NCBI GenBank assembly: GCA_026989275.1
Contig: JALSJQ010000019.1
Coordinates: 9,194-73,193, forward strand
DNA from: Albidovulum sp.
GTDB lineage: Bacteria > Pseudomonadota > Alphaproteobacteria > Rhodobacterales > Rhodobacteraceae
Reading direction: 5' to 3'
Length of the DNA: 64,000 nt
The notes beneath the pieces are model-generated. The model was not told where the DNA came from. It saw only the letters and a list, made by a program, of their open reading frames with translations, and did not search any database. Positions 23,621 to 33,303 of the stretch are shown here, one piece after another. How positions within the stretch are numbered: position 1 is the first letter of the stretch; each line of letters begins with the position of its first letter. The translations under genes were made by a program, and so were the position numbers.

Positions 23621-24526
23621 TCAGGGCCAGCGGGCGAGGGGGGGCATGCTCATCAGCACCGCCTCGACATCGTGGCCGGTCTCGAGGCCGAACCGGGTGC
23701 CGCGGTCGTAAACGAGGTTGAACTCGGCGTAGAGACCGCGATGGACGAGCTGGGCTTCGCGGTCGGCCTCGCCCCAGGGCGCGTTGCGCCGCCGCTCGAC
23801 CAGCGGCACGAAAGCCTCGAGGAAGGCCCGGCCCACGTCGCGGGTGAAGGCGAAATCGGCCTGCCAGTCGCCGGTGTTGAGATCGTCGTAGAAGATGCCG
23901 CCGACGCCGCGCGGCCGGTTCCGGTGCCGGATGAAGAAATACTCGTCCGCCCAGGCCTTGAACCGGGGATAGTAGGCCGGGTCGTGCCGCTCGCAGGTGC
24001 TTCTCAGCACCGCGTGGAAATGAGCGGTGTCCTCCTCGAAGGGAATGGCGGGGTTGAGGTCGGTGCCGCCGCCGAACCACCAGCCGGCCGGGGTCCAGAA
24101 CATGCGGGTGTTCATGTGCACCGCCGGCACTTTCGGGTTGCGCATGTGGGCGACGAGGGAGACGCCCGAGGCCCAGAAGCGCGGATCCTCCGCCAGCCCC
24201 GGCAGATCCCGCGCCGCCGTCATCGCCCGCTGCGCCGCCGGGGAGAGGGTGCCGTGGACGGCCGAGACGTTGACGCCGACCTTCTCGAAGATCCGCCCCT
24301 CGCGCATGACGCTCATCAGACCGCCGCCCCCGTCGCTGCCGTCCGGCCCGGTGCGCCGGGTCTCGCGCAGCTCGAACCGGCCGGGGGGGAGTTCGCCGCC
24401 CGGGCCCTCGCAGCCTTCGTCCTCGAGGCGCTCGAAGGCGGCGCAGATCATGTCGCGCAGCTCGCGGAACCAGCGGGCGGCCCGTTCCTTCTCGGCCCGC
24501 ATCTCGTCAACGTCGGTCTTCTTCAT
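23621..24526 (-). CDS. hemF: oxygen-dependent coproporphyrinogen III oxidase
   Basis: HRGLYAEFNLVYDRGTRFGL and WFGGGTDLNP. ATG at 24526. Confidence 0.92.
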   Translation of the reverse strand: MKKTDVDEMRAEKERAARWFRELRDMICAAFERLEDEGCEGPGGELPPGRFELRETRRTGPDGSDGGGGLMSVMREGRIFEKVGVNVSAVHGTLSPAAQRAMTAARDLPGLAEDPRFWASGVSLVAHMRNPKVPAVHMNTRMFWTPAGWWFGGGTDLNPAIPFEEDTAHFHAVLRSTCERHDPAYYPRFKAWADEYFFIRHRNRPRGVGGIFYDDLNTGDWQADFAFTRDVGRAFLEAFVPLVERRRNAPWGEADREAQLVHRGLYAEFNLVYDRGTRFGLETGHDVEAVLMSMPPLARWP

Positions 24527-24649
24527 GGCAGCCTTTCCCGATGGTCGGCGCGGATGACCGATCCATCGCCCCCTCCGTGGCAAAGGTCAAGGGGCGGAGC
24601 AGCGCGCCGGGCCGCGGATGGCCGGGGGCGCCGGGGCGGAGCAGGCGGG

Positions 24650-25312
24650 TCAGAGGGGGCGGCGGGCCTGGAGGGCGGCGGTGATCGTGCCCTCGTCGAG
24701 ATAGTCGAGTTCGCCCCCCACCGGCACGCCCAGCGCCAGTGTGCTGACGGTCACGCCCGCCCCCTGCAGCCGTTCGGCGATGTAATGGGCGGTGGTGCGC
24801 CCATCGACCGTGGCCGGCAGCGCCAGCACCACTTCGCGGATCTCGCCCCCGCGAACACGGCCCTCGAGCCGGGGCAGGCCGAGTTCCTCGGGGCCGACCC
24901 CGTCGAGCGCCGAGAGCAGACCGCCCAGCACGTGGTAGCGACCGGAAAAGACGCCGGCGCGCTCCATCGCCCAGAGATCGGCCACGTCCTCGACCACGCA
25001 GAGGATCTGCCCGTCGCGGCGCTCGTCACGGCATATGGCGCAGCGATCGCCGGTGCCGTAATTGCCGCAATCGGCGCAGCGGCGCACGGTTCGGGCCAGA
25101 TCGACCAGCCCCTCGCCCAGCGGCAGCAGGAGCTGCTCGGGCCGGCGCAACATCGCCAGCACCGCCCGCCGGGCCGAGCGCGGCCCGAGGCCGGGCAGGC
25201 GCGCGAGAAGGGCGATCATCCGTTCGATGGCGTCCTGCCCCTCGTCGATCGGGCCGGTGCCGCCATTGTGCCCGGCAAGGGGGGGCGGCGCCTTGGCGTC
25301 CGGCCGGTGCAT
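24650..25312 (-). CDS. recR: recombination protein RecR
   Basis: [16 protein letters not shown] (HhH), a C4 zinc finger [16 protein letters not shown], and a Toprim region. Part of the dnaX-ybaB-recR operon order. Confidence 0.93.
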   Translation of the reverse strand: MHRPDAKAPPPLAGHNGGTGPIDEGQDAIERMIALLARLPGLGPRSARRAVLAMLRRPEQLLLPLGEGLVDLARTVRRCADCGNYGTGDRCAICRDERRDGQILCVVEDVADLWAMERAGVFSGRYHVLGGLLSALDGVGPEELGLPRLEGRVRGGEIREVVLALPATVDGRTTAHYIAERLQGAGVTVSTLALGVPVGGELDYLDEGTITAALQARRPL

Positions 25313-25368
25313 GACCTCGTGCTCCTTCTCTTCCGTCCTGCCGCCGCCCCCGTCCGGACCGCCCCCGT

Positions 25369-25713
25369 TCAGAAGGGCAGCTTGAGATCGGCGGGCAGGC
25401 CGAGTTCGGCGGTGATCTTCGCCATTTCCTCGCGCGAGCGCTCGACGGCCCTTTCCTGGGCGTCACGAATGGCGGCGCGCACCAGATCCTCGACCACTTC
25501 CCTGTCCTCGGGCCTGAGGATCGACGGGTCGATCTCGATTCCCTTGAGTTCGCCCTTCGCCGTGACCCGGGCCCTGACGAGCCCGCCACCGGCGCTGCCC
25601 TCGACCTCGATCGCGGCCAGCTCCTCCTGAAGCGCGGCCATGCGCTCCTGCATTTCCCTGGCGGTCTTCATCATCCGGGCCATGTCGCCAAGCTGTCCCA
25701 GTCCCTTGAACAT
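25369..25713 (-). CDS. ybaB: YbaB/EbfC nucleoid-associated protein
   Basis: [32 protein letters not shown], located between dnaX and recR. Confidence 0.92.
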   Translation of the reverse strand: MFKGLGQLGDMARMMKTAREMQERMAALQEELAAIEVEGSAGGGLVRARVTAKGELKGIEIDPSILRPEDREVVEDLVRAAIRDAQERAVERSREEMAKITAELGLPADLKLPF

Positions 25714-25752
25714 CGTCTTTCGCCTCATGCTGTTGCGCGGGCCGGCGGCCCT

Positions 25753-27771
25753 TCAGCGCGGTTCCTCGAACGGATCGTCGCTGTCGTCAAGGGGGGCGTC
25801 CGGGGCCGATGCCCCGCCGCCGGCGCCGAGAGCGGCGAGGATCGCGTCCTCGCGGGGGCGCACGTCGCGGATCTCGGCCTCGGGGAAGACGGTCTTCACC
25901 GCCTGCAGCAGCGGATGGGACATGGCGAGGGCATGCAGATCCTCGGCCGTCGCGCGGCGCGCCTCGGCGATGGTGGGCGTTGCGGCCTCGGGGACGAGCG
26001 AGATCATCCACTGCGCCCCGGTCCATTCCCTGAGCCGGGCGGCCAGGGTCTTCGGCAGGTTGGGCGGCGCATCCTCCGTGAGCGCGAATTCGATCCGGCC
26101 GGGGCTGTAGCCGACGAGGCGCAGATGGCTCTCGATGTCGATCAGGAGCCGCAGATCGCGCTTGCGACGGATGAGGGCGACCAGATCCTCGAACCGCTCG
26201 AGCCCGGCGAGCGGATGGTTGGCGGCCAGGGCGGGCGCCTCGGCCGAAGGGGCGGTGCGCGGCGCCGCCCGGGTCGCCCGGGCGGTCGCGGCGGAGACGC
26301 CCTCCTCGCGCGAGAAGGCGGGCCCGGCCCCGGTCGTGGAGGGAGAGGCCGGGTTTCCGGGCGGCAGGGCGTGCGAACGGGGTTGCGGGCCGGCCGGGGG
26401 TGCCGCCGCGCCGGGCGCTCCGGCGGCGGAGGCGGCGCCGCCCGTCGCCCCCGCCGTGCCGCCCTCGATCGCCCGGAGGCGGCGCAGGATCTCCTCGGGC
26501 GGCGGCAGATCGGCCACATGCGTCAGCCGGATGACAGCCATTTCCGCCGCCATCAGCGCGGTGGGAGCGAGCGGCAGCTCCTCGAGAGCCTTGACGAGCA
26601 TCTGCCAGCTGCGCCCCAGCACCCGCTGGGAGAGCCCCTCGGCCAGTGCGCCCCCCCGGCGGCGCTCCTCGGGCGAGAGCGCCGGGTCGTCGAGCAGCGC
26701 GGGGGTGATCTTCACGACCGAGAGCCAGTGGGTGATCTCCGCCAGATCGCGCAGGATCGCCGCCGGATCGGCCCCGTCGGCATACTGGCTTCCGAGTTCC
26801 TCGAGCGCGGCCGCCGCATCGCCGCGCATGATGTGTTCGAAGAGATCGAGCACCCGCCCCCGGTCGGCAAGGCCCAGCATCGCCCGGATGCCCTCGGCGC
26901 TCACCCTTCCGCCGCCGGCATGGGCGATGGCCTGATCCATCAGCGAAAGCGCGTCGCGCATCGACCCTTCCGCAGCCCGCGTGATGAGGGCGAGTGCCTC
27001 GGGGGCGATCTCCACGCCTTCCCTTTGCGCGATGCGGCCGAGATGGGCCATCATCGCCTCAGGTTCGATCCGCCGCAGATCGAAGCGCTGGCAGCGCGAA
27101 AGCACCGTCACCGGCACCTTGCGGATCTCGGTGGTGGCGAAGATGAACTTGACGTGGGGCGGCGGCTCCTCGAGCGTCTTCAGGAGGGCGTTGAAGGCCG
27201 AGGTGCTGAGCATGTGCACCTCGTCGATGATGTAGATCTTGTAGCGTGCGGAAGCCGCCCGGTAGTGCACGCTGTCGATGATCTCGCGGATGTCGCCGAC
27301 GCCGGTGCGCGATGCCGCGTCCATCTCGAGCACGTCCACATGCCGGCCTTCCATGATGGCGGTGCAATGCGCGCAGGTGCCGCAAGGCTCGGTGGTCGGC
27401 CCGCCCGCACCGTCGGGACCGGTGCAGTTGAGTCCCATGGCGATGATGCGGGCGGTGGTGGTCTTGCCGGTGCCGCGAATGCCGGTGAGGATGAAGGCCT
27501 GCGCGATCCGCCCCGAAGCGAAGGCGTTGCGCAGGGTGCGGACCATGGCCTCCTGGCCGACGAGATCGGCCAGCGACCGCGGACGATACTTGAGCGCCAG
27601 CACCTGATAGGCCGGCGCCCGCCCTTCCGCCTCTCCTTCCTCGACCGGTGCCGCGCCCGCCGTGAGGCCCGGCACGCGGGACGGTTCCCCCCCGCTTGCC
27701 GCGGCGCCCTTCCCGCCCGGTGCGGTGGCGGCCTCGCCGGGCGGCGTTTCGGAAGACGTGCTGTCCTGCAT
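25753..27771 (-). CDS. dnaX: DNA polymerase III subunits gamma/tau
   Basis: Walker A GIRGTGKTTTA, IIDEVHMLS, and a proline/alanine-rich linker. 672 aa. Confidence 0.95.
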   Translation of the reverse strand: MQDSTSSETPPGEAATAPGGKGAAASGGEPSRVPGLTAGAAPVEEGEAEGRAPAYQVLALKYRPRSLADLVGQEAMVRTLRNAFASGRIAQAFILTGIRGTGKTTTARIIAMGLNCTGPDGAGGPTTEPCGTCAHCTAIMEGRHVDVLEMDAASRTGVGDIREIIDSVHYRAASARYKIYIIDEVHMLSTSAFNALLKTLEEPPPHVKFIFATTEIRKVPVTVLSRCQRFDLRRIEPEAMMAHLGRIAQREGVEIAPEALALITRAAEGSMRDALSLMDQAIAHAGGGRVSAEGIRAMLGLADRGRVLDLFEHIMRGDAAAALEELGSQYADGADPAAILRDLAEITHWLSVVKITPALLDDPALSPEERRRGGALAEGLSQRVLGRSWQMLVKALEELPLAPTALMAAEMAVIRLTHVADLPPPEEILRRLRAIEGGTAGATGGAASAAGAPGAAAPPAGPQPRSHALPPGNPASPSTTGAGPAFSREEGVSAATARATRAAPRTAPSAEAPALAANHPLAGLERFEDLVALIRRKRDLRLLIDIESHLRLVGYSPGRIEFALTEDAPPNLPKTLAARLREWTGAQWMISLVPEAATPTIAEARRATAEDLHALAMSHPLLQAVKTVFPEAEIRDVRPREDAILAALGAGGGASAPDAPLDDSDDPFEEPR

Positions 27772-27830
27772 CGAGATTCCCCCTCGCCCCTTTCCTAGCC
27801 TTTCCCGGTCGTCTCCGGCAAGGTGGGGGC

Positions 27831-28823
27831 TCAGGGCGCCATGCCGCCGAGCGCCAGCGCCTCGTGACGGTGGAGGATCGGTGCGGCGGCGATCCCGGGG
27901 CCGCTCCCGGCCGCGGCATGACCGGTCACGCGCGCGATTTCCTCGCGGGCCTCCTTTCCGAGGGCGCTCAGTGCCACCTCGCCGAGGCGGAGGCTCTCGG
28001 TCGGCAGACCGTTGGCCCGGATCACCTCGTGCCTGTCGAGGAGAACGTGATGATAGGTGACTTCGTCGAGATCGGACGCCCGCATCACCTTTTGATCGTC
28101 AACCAGATGGGAGGCGGCGACCAGAACGCCGCGGGCGGCGAACAGCAGCTCGATCGTCGGTCCTTCGAGATAGAGGCGATGCTGGGGCGAGACGATCAGA
28201 TCCCGGTGAGGACGCCCGCGGCCGAAGGCGCCGGCGCGAATGCGGATCGGCCGCAGATAGGGGGCGAGAGCGAGGCTGAGGCTGCCGAGATGCCGGCGCC
28301 CGATCCAGCGCACGGGCTGCCAGCCGTTCGTGAGCGTGCGGAGCCGGTCCCCCGGCACCAGCTCCTCGATCGGGATTTCGCCACGGTCCGTCTCGATCAG
28401 CGTGCCGGCGGCGAAGCAGATGACGAGGGGCGGCGTGGCGCCGTTGAATGTCGCGCCGCCCTTGAGCTTGACGAACCCGGTATAGGTCGTGCCGCCGGCG
28501 CCGGTATAGGTGAACAGGAGCCGGGCAGGATTGGCCGGATCGACCCCGATGATGTGGGCACCCTGGAGATTGAGCTGGTCGGTCGAGGTGAAGTTCTTGA
28601 GATCGATCTCGAGCCCGTTCTGGCTGAACAGGGACAGGTTGATGTTGACGACGTCGATCTACCCGCCGCCCTTGTTCGTGAAGTCGATCTTCAGCTCGTT
28701 GACCACCTGATCGGGAGCCGGCTGGATGTTGACGGTGCCGCCGCCCGGAATGTTGACCTTGACGGTCACGTCGTTGGGTACGAGAACGGTGCCGCCCGCC
28801 GTGACATTGATCTTCTGGCCCAT
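27831..28823 (-). pseudogene. Hint (Hedgehog/intein) domain protein interrupted by an in-frame TAG
   Basis: I translated the minus strand by hand. MGQKINVTAGG..KIDFTNKGGG, then TAG (28659-28661), then the same frame continues as IDVVNINLSLFSQNG..PPLVICFAAGTLIETDRGEIPIEELVPGDRLRTLTNGWQPVRWI... into track ORF 27831..28358. CFAAGTLI is a Hint-domain start. Confidence 0.7.
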
Positions 28824-29160
28824 CCTGTATGCCCTGCCTGCCCGTTGCCTCCGGTCAGGGACGGTTGCGCTCGGAGGCGGTGTCGTCGCGGCGGCTGGCC
28901 CGCCGCCTGTCCTCGTTCGTTGCCGCCCTGCCCCTGCCGTTCTTTCTTGCCGGCTGCCCTGCCGCTTCCGGCTGCCACCGTTCGCTCCCCGCTTTCCCGC
29001 CTCCGGCCGGCAGAAAGAAAAGGGGACCGCGAGGGAACGACGCCGCAAGGCGGCAGGCGAGCCGCAGGAGAACTTTACCTCAAGACGGCGATTGCGGCAA
29101 TCCTTCACCGTCGGCGGGTCCGCGGGGCAGGTGGACGGGGAGTGGCTTTCGCGGCTGGGT

Positions 29161-29252
29161 GAGAGGTTGGCAGCGACCCGAGCGGGGCTCGTTACGGCTG
29201 CTTCCTTCCGGACCTGACCGGGTTGGCGAGGCGCTCGCCCGCGCCAACCTCT
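29161..29252 (-). ncRNA. ffs: signal recognition particle RNA (small bacterial 4.5S type)
   Basis: The minus strand reads GAGAGGUUGGC...GGUCAGGUCCGGAAGGAAGCAGCC...GCCAACCUCUC. It carries the conserved domain IV motif and closing helix 29161-29171 / 29242-29252. Confidence 0.9.
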
Positions 29253-29450
29253 CATGCCCGAGTTAGGGGATCGACGCCGGGGATGCAAGGCTGCGGTCGG
29301 ACGAGGCGCGATGTCGGCAGGACGGGGTGGATGCCTTTTCGTCCGAAGTCGTGAAAATTTTCGCAGGATCCTCGTGAAAAAGGGGGCGGGCGGCGGCCGG
29401 TTCTCCCGTTTTCGCCCCTGGTCGATAACCTTTCGTCAAGCTCTTGCTGC

Positions 29451-31649
29451 TTGGCTCGTTCCATGACGCGAATCGAGCGAAGCACGCAGGCGGAGGCGGG
29501 AGCCGCGGGACGGCGGGGGAGACCCGGCAGAACGGGACGCTGGCGGGTGATCGCGGCGCTCCTGATCCTCGGTGCGGCCTGCAACGTCGCCCTGCTCGCG
29601 GGGCCGTGGTTCCTGATGCTGGTCTATCGCGAGGTGCTGCCGGCCCGCTCGGGGGGGCTCCTCGTCGATCTGCTCGTGCTCCTGGCGCTGGTGCAGGTTC
29701 TGGCCGTGCTGCTCGACTGGGCACGCAGCCGCGCGCTTGCCCGTCTCGGGCTGGCGGCGGCGTTGTCGTGTCTCGAAACGGAGGCGTGCGAAACGGGGCT
29801 GGCGCCGCCGCGGCCGGGGAGGCGCCGTCCGGCGGGCGGGAAGGGTGTCGATCCGTCGGCGGCCGGCGATCTCGCCCGGCCCGAGGCGGCGGTTCTGCTC
29901 GATCTGCCCTGGACGCCGATCTTTCTCGGCCTTCTCGGACTGTTTCACCCGGCGATGGGAGCGCTGGCGCTCTGCGGGGCGCTGATGCTCCTCGGGTTCG
30001 GTGCCCTCATGCGCCTGCGGCGGCGCCGCGCCCGCCACCGCCTCGCCCCCCTCGACCATGCGGCGTCAGCGCTTGCGGCGGCGCTGCGGGGCGATCCCGC
30101 GCTGGTGCCGCGAACCCGGCCATGGATGCGGCGTCTCCGACGGCTGGAGCGTCTTCGCCGCGCCCGCCTCGCCATGCGCCTTCGCAGCGAGGACCACGCC
30201 GCCTTTCTGATCGCCCTCGTTCGGGGAGGGCGCCAGTTCCTGCAATCGGCGATGCTGGCGCTCGGTGCCTGGCTCGTGATCACGGATCGGCTCGACCCGG
30301 CAGCGATGCTGGCATCCTCGGTGCTCCTTGGACGAATGCTGGCGCCGATCGAACGGATGATGGTCGCCGGCCCCGGGCTCCTGGCGGCTCTGAAGGGCTG
30401 GTGGCACGCTGCCGGCGGGAGCGGAGAGAAGGGCGGGAGAGCATGGCAGGCCGGAAGGGACGGCCCTGCCGGGGTGGCGGAAAGGACGGCGGGGAGGGCC
30501 GGGCGGCGCGCCGTATCCCCCCGCATCCGGCCGGCCGCCCCCCGGAAGGAAACCGTCCCCCGGAAGGGAGGGGAGTGCCCGGCGCCCGGGGGCGCTCTCC
30601 CGCTTCTCGAACTGAAGGGCGTTCGCGTCGATCTTCCCGGCAGGACGGCGCCCATCCTCGAAGGGGTGGATCTGACCCTTCCGTCAGGCTGCGTGATCGG
30701 CGTCACGGGAGCCAATGGCAGCGGCAAGACCTTGCTTGCGGAGATCGTCTGCGGCCGCCGCCGCCCCGATGGCGGGCGTGTCGTCTTCGGCCCCGGCCTC
30801 GCCCATGAGGCGTGGTTCGGAATGGGGGCCGTGGAGGGGCGGGAGCGCCTGCACGCGGTGGGCCCGGAGCCGGCGCCTTCCTGTTCGGGAAACTCCGGCA
30901 CGCCTCCTTGCGGTCTGCTCTCGATCGGCTATGCGCCGCAGGAGACGGGAAGCACGCCGGTGGCGATGATGCAGGATCTCGCCTTCGCCGGTGACGACGG
31001 GGAAGTGCGGCCGGCATGGGAACGCATATTGGCAGCACTTGGCGCCCCGGGGCTGACGGCCCTGCTGATGCACGCGCTGCGGGAAAGTCGCGCCCCGCCG
31101 GCTCTCTCGTCCGGGGAGCGGCGTCGGCTTGCTCTTGCACGGGCCCTGTGCGGCCCCCCCCGTCTCGTGATCCTGGATCAGCCCGAGGAAGGGCTAGATG
31201 CCGTCGGCATCGCGAAGCTTGCCGCGCTCCTCGGCCGCCGACGGCAGGGCGAGGGTGCCATGCTGGTTCTGACCGGCAGCCGCCGTCTGCTCGGGACATG
31301 CGATGCCGTGATGGTCCTCGACCGTGGCCGCTTGCATGATGCCGCGGTCCGGCCGCCGCCGGTCGGTCCTTCAGCGGGCGCCGACGGCACGAGAGGGGAT
31401 CCCGCGGTTTTCGGCGCGACATCTCCGGTTTGCGGGGCGCCTGTTGGAAGAGCCGCCACCGGGCATTCGGTGGCCGGAGGCGCTTCGGGCACGGCCCCGG
31501 TCCGATCGACGCCCCCGCTGCATCGCCCGGCTGATCCGGCTCGGGACACGTCTTCCGGCTGCCGCGCGACGGCAGGGAAGGGGGAGCGGGGCGCGGCCCG
31601 GGGAGCGGAGCGCAGGCCCATCGGCTCGGGGAGAAGCCATGCAGCATGA
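29451..31649 (+). CDS. type I secretion system permease/ATPase (PrtD-like) with degenerate nucleotide-binding domain
   Basis: TMD motifs LMLVYREVLPARS and LLDLPWTPIFLGLLGLFHP. Walker A GVTGANGSGKT and Q-loop GYAPQE are present. The signature is LSSGE, Walker B is LVILDQ (Gln where the catalytic Glu should be, codon 31179-31181), and there is no H-loop His (LVLTGSRR). TTG start; an ATG at 29463 is the alternative. Confidence 0.75.
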   Translation: MARSMTRIERSTQAEAGAAGRRGRPGRTGRWRVIAALLILGAACNVALLAGPWFLMLVYREVLPARSGGLLVDLLVLLALVQVLAVLLDWARSRALARLGLAAALSCLETEACETGLAPPRPGRRRPAGGKGVDPSAAGDLARPEAAVLLDLPWTPIFLGLLGLFHPAMGALALCGALMLLGFGALMRLRRRRARHRLAPLDHAASALAAALRGDPALVPRTRPWMRRLRRLERLRRARLAMRLRSEDHAAFLIALVRGGRQFLQSAMLALGAWLVITDRLDPAAMLASSVLLGRMLAPIERMMVAGPGLLAALKGWWHAAGGSGEKGGRAWQAGRDGPAGVAERTAGRAGRRAVSPRIRPAAPRKETVPRKGGECPAPGGALPLLELKGVRVDLPGRTAPILEGVDLTLPSGCVIGVTGANGSGKTLLAEIVCGRRRPDGGRVVFGPGLAHEAWFGMGAVEGRERLHAVGPEPAPSCSGNSGTPPCGLLSIGYAPQETGSTPVAMMQDLAFAGDDGEVRPAWERILAALGAPGLTALLMHALRESRAPPALSSGERRRLALARALCGPPRLVILDQPEEGLDAVGIAKLAALLGRRRQGEGAMLVLTGSRRLLGTCDAVMVLDRGRLHDAAVRPPPVGPSAGADGTRGDPAVFGATSPVCGAPVGRAATGHSVAGGASGTAPVRSTPPLHRPADPARDTSSGCRATAGKGERGAARGAERRPIGSGRSHAA

Positions 31650-33303
31650 GGGGATCGTCCCGCCCCGTGGCGAACGGCAGGGCGCCGGTATTGCCGGAGC
31701 GTGGCCGGAAGCGCCCGATCCGCCTGCCGTTCCGTCTCTCGCCGCCTCCCGGCTGCTGCGCTTCGGCTTGCTGGTCGTCGGTGCGCTGGCGCTGCTCGTG
31801 GCCCTCTGGGGCCGGTTCGCCGTCGTGCCCGCCGTTTGGCGCGTGCCGGCCATGGTGACGTCGCCGCTAACGGTCCCGGTCAGGGTGCCGATGGATGGGC
31901 GGATCGCCGAGATCGGTGTGGCGGAAGGCGATCGGGTGCCGGAAGGGGCGCTTCTCCTCGTGGTGGTGAATGACGAGGAGCGCATGCGCCTTGCCGCCCT
32001 CGAAGATCGCCTGGCGGCGCTCGGCCACGAGAAGGCGTGGCTCGCCGGCGTGTTGGCGGGGCTCGACGAGGGAGCGTCCTTCCCGGAACTCGCGGCTCTT
32101 TCGGACGGGACATCCGGCACCACATCCGGTGACATGTCTCGGGGGCGGGGGCCGGGGCATGGAGCGGGGACGGCTGCGGAATCCGTCGCCGGGTGTGCGC
32201 GAGAGAGCCCGCCTTCGGCGGTCGGCCGGGACGACGGGCCGGCGGGGACCGAATCGGGCTGCCCCGCAGGCTTCCCGGCCGGGAGAGAGCCCGGAAGAAA
32301 CAGCCGCGACGGGCAGGGAAACGTGTCGGTCATTGCCGGACCGGCGCTTCCGCCCCGTTCTCCGCCGCGCCCCGTCGCCTCGCGGGGCAGCGCGACCGAT
32401 GCCCCGGCCTATTGGCGCCGCGTGCTGCTCGAGATGCGCGACGAAGAGGCGGCGTCCCACGCGGCGCTGGCCGGTTTCGACCGGCGTCTGCAGGCGCTCG
32501 ACCGGCAGCTGGCCGCGGCCCGACGGGAACGCGACCTTCTCGATCGGCAGGTTGCTCAGATCGCCCCTCTGGCGGCGAAGGGGCGCATTCCGCGCAACAC
32601 GCTCGATGGCCTTCTCCGGGCCGAAGCGCGTGCGGAAGGCGCGATTGCCGCGTTGAATCTGCGGCGGGAGGAGATCGTCGCGGCCCGACGAGAGACGGGG
32701 TTGAAATTGCACGGGTTGCGGTTCGCACTTGCCCGGCGGTTGCACGAGCGGATCTTGCAGATCACCCATGAGACGCGCGCGCTCGATGCCGAAGCGGCGC
32801 GACTGCGCGTCCGTTCCCGGATGGGGCGGATCACGGCGCCGCAGGCCGGTCGTGTCCGCCTGCCGGCGGGGCTCGATGTCGGCATGTCGCTCGTCGGCGG
32901 GGCGGTGGTGATGGAGATCGTGCCGGAGCCCGGTGATCGGCAGCTGCTGGTCGAAGCCGCCGCGAAGGACATTGCGGAATTGTCCGAGGGGGCGCGCCTC
33001 TTGCTGGTGCCGCCGCATTCGGGAGCGGGTGACGGGGGCGCGCGCCACGGCGAGAACGGGATGCAGGTGGTCGTCCGGCAGATCCTCACGCGCCGGGGGC
33101 CCGACGGGCGGGTCCGCCATGTGCTGCGCCTGACCCTGGAGGGAGATCCCGCAACAGCTCCTTTCCTGCCGGGAACACCCCTGATGCTGCAGACGCCCGC
33201 CGGTGGGCGGCGCGGGCTGGAACTTCTCCTCGGCCCGGTCCGGGAGATCATGGCGAGACGGGCCGGAGCGACCGGCGCGGCAGCCGGCCGGGAGGGGGGC
33301 TGA
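31639..33303 (+). CDS. HlyD-family type I secretion membrane fusion protein
   Basis: N-terminal TM helix (LLRFGLLVVGALALLVALW), lipoyl-like MDGRIAEIGVAEGDRVPEGALLLVV, coiled coils, and C-terminal ITAPQAGRVRL..VVMEIVPE. Start taken at the ATG at 31639 (MQHEG). Confidence 0.8.
   Translation: MQHEGIVPPRGERQGAGIAGAWPEAPDPPAVPSLAASRLLRFGLLVVGALALLVALWGRFAVVPAVWRVPAMVTSPLTVPVRVPMDGRIAEIGVAEGDRVPEGALLLVVVNDEERMRLAALEDRLAALGHEKAWLAGVLAGLDEGASFPELAALSDGTSGTTSGDMSRGRGPGHGAGTAAESVAGCARESPPSAVGRDDGPAGTESGCPAGFPAGREPGRNSRDGQGNVSVIAGPALPPRSPPRPVASRGSATDAPAYWRRVLLEMRDEEAASHAALAGFDRRLQALDRQLAAARRERDLLDRQVAQIAPLAAKGRIPRNTLDGLLRAEARAEGAIAALNLRREEIVAARRETGLKLHGLRFALARRLHERILQITHETRALDAEAARLRVRSRMGRITAPQAGRVRLPAGLDVGMSLVGGAVVMEIVPEPGDRQLLVEAAAKDIAELSEGARLLLVPPHSGAGDGGARHGENGMQVVVRQILTRRGPDGRVRHVLRLTLEGDPATAPFLPGTPLMLQTPAGGRRGLELLLGPVREIMARRAGATGAAAGREGG

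Noticed and set aside
25753-27771. Programmed -1 frameshift site in dnaX (A AAA AAG type, as in E. coli).
   Set aside because: I saw no A-rich slippery heptamer on the coding strand, so there is nothing to support a gamma-producing frameshift.
28824-29288. N-terminal extension of the Hint ORF (track ORF 28659..29288 starts at 29288).
   Set aside because: The extension overlaps the SRP RNA gene and is R/P/G-rich. The plausible start is the ATG at 28823 (MGQKINV).
30276-30283. Sixth GTGATCAC copy, inside the T1SS ABC coding region.
   Set aside because: It encodes LVITD within a transmembrane segment and has no matching flanks (CTCGTGATCACGGA). It is probably a chance occurrence rather than an operator.
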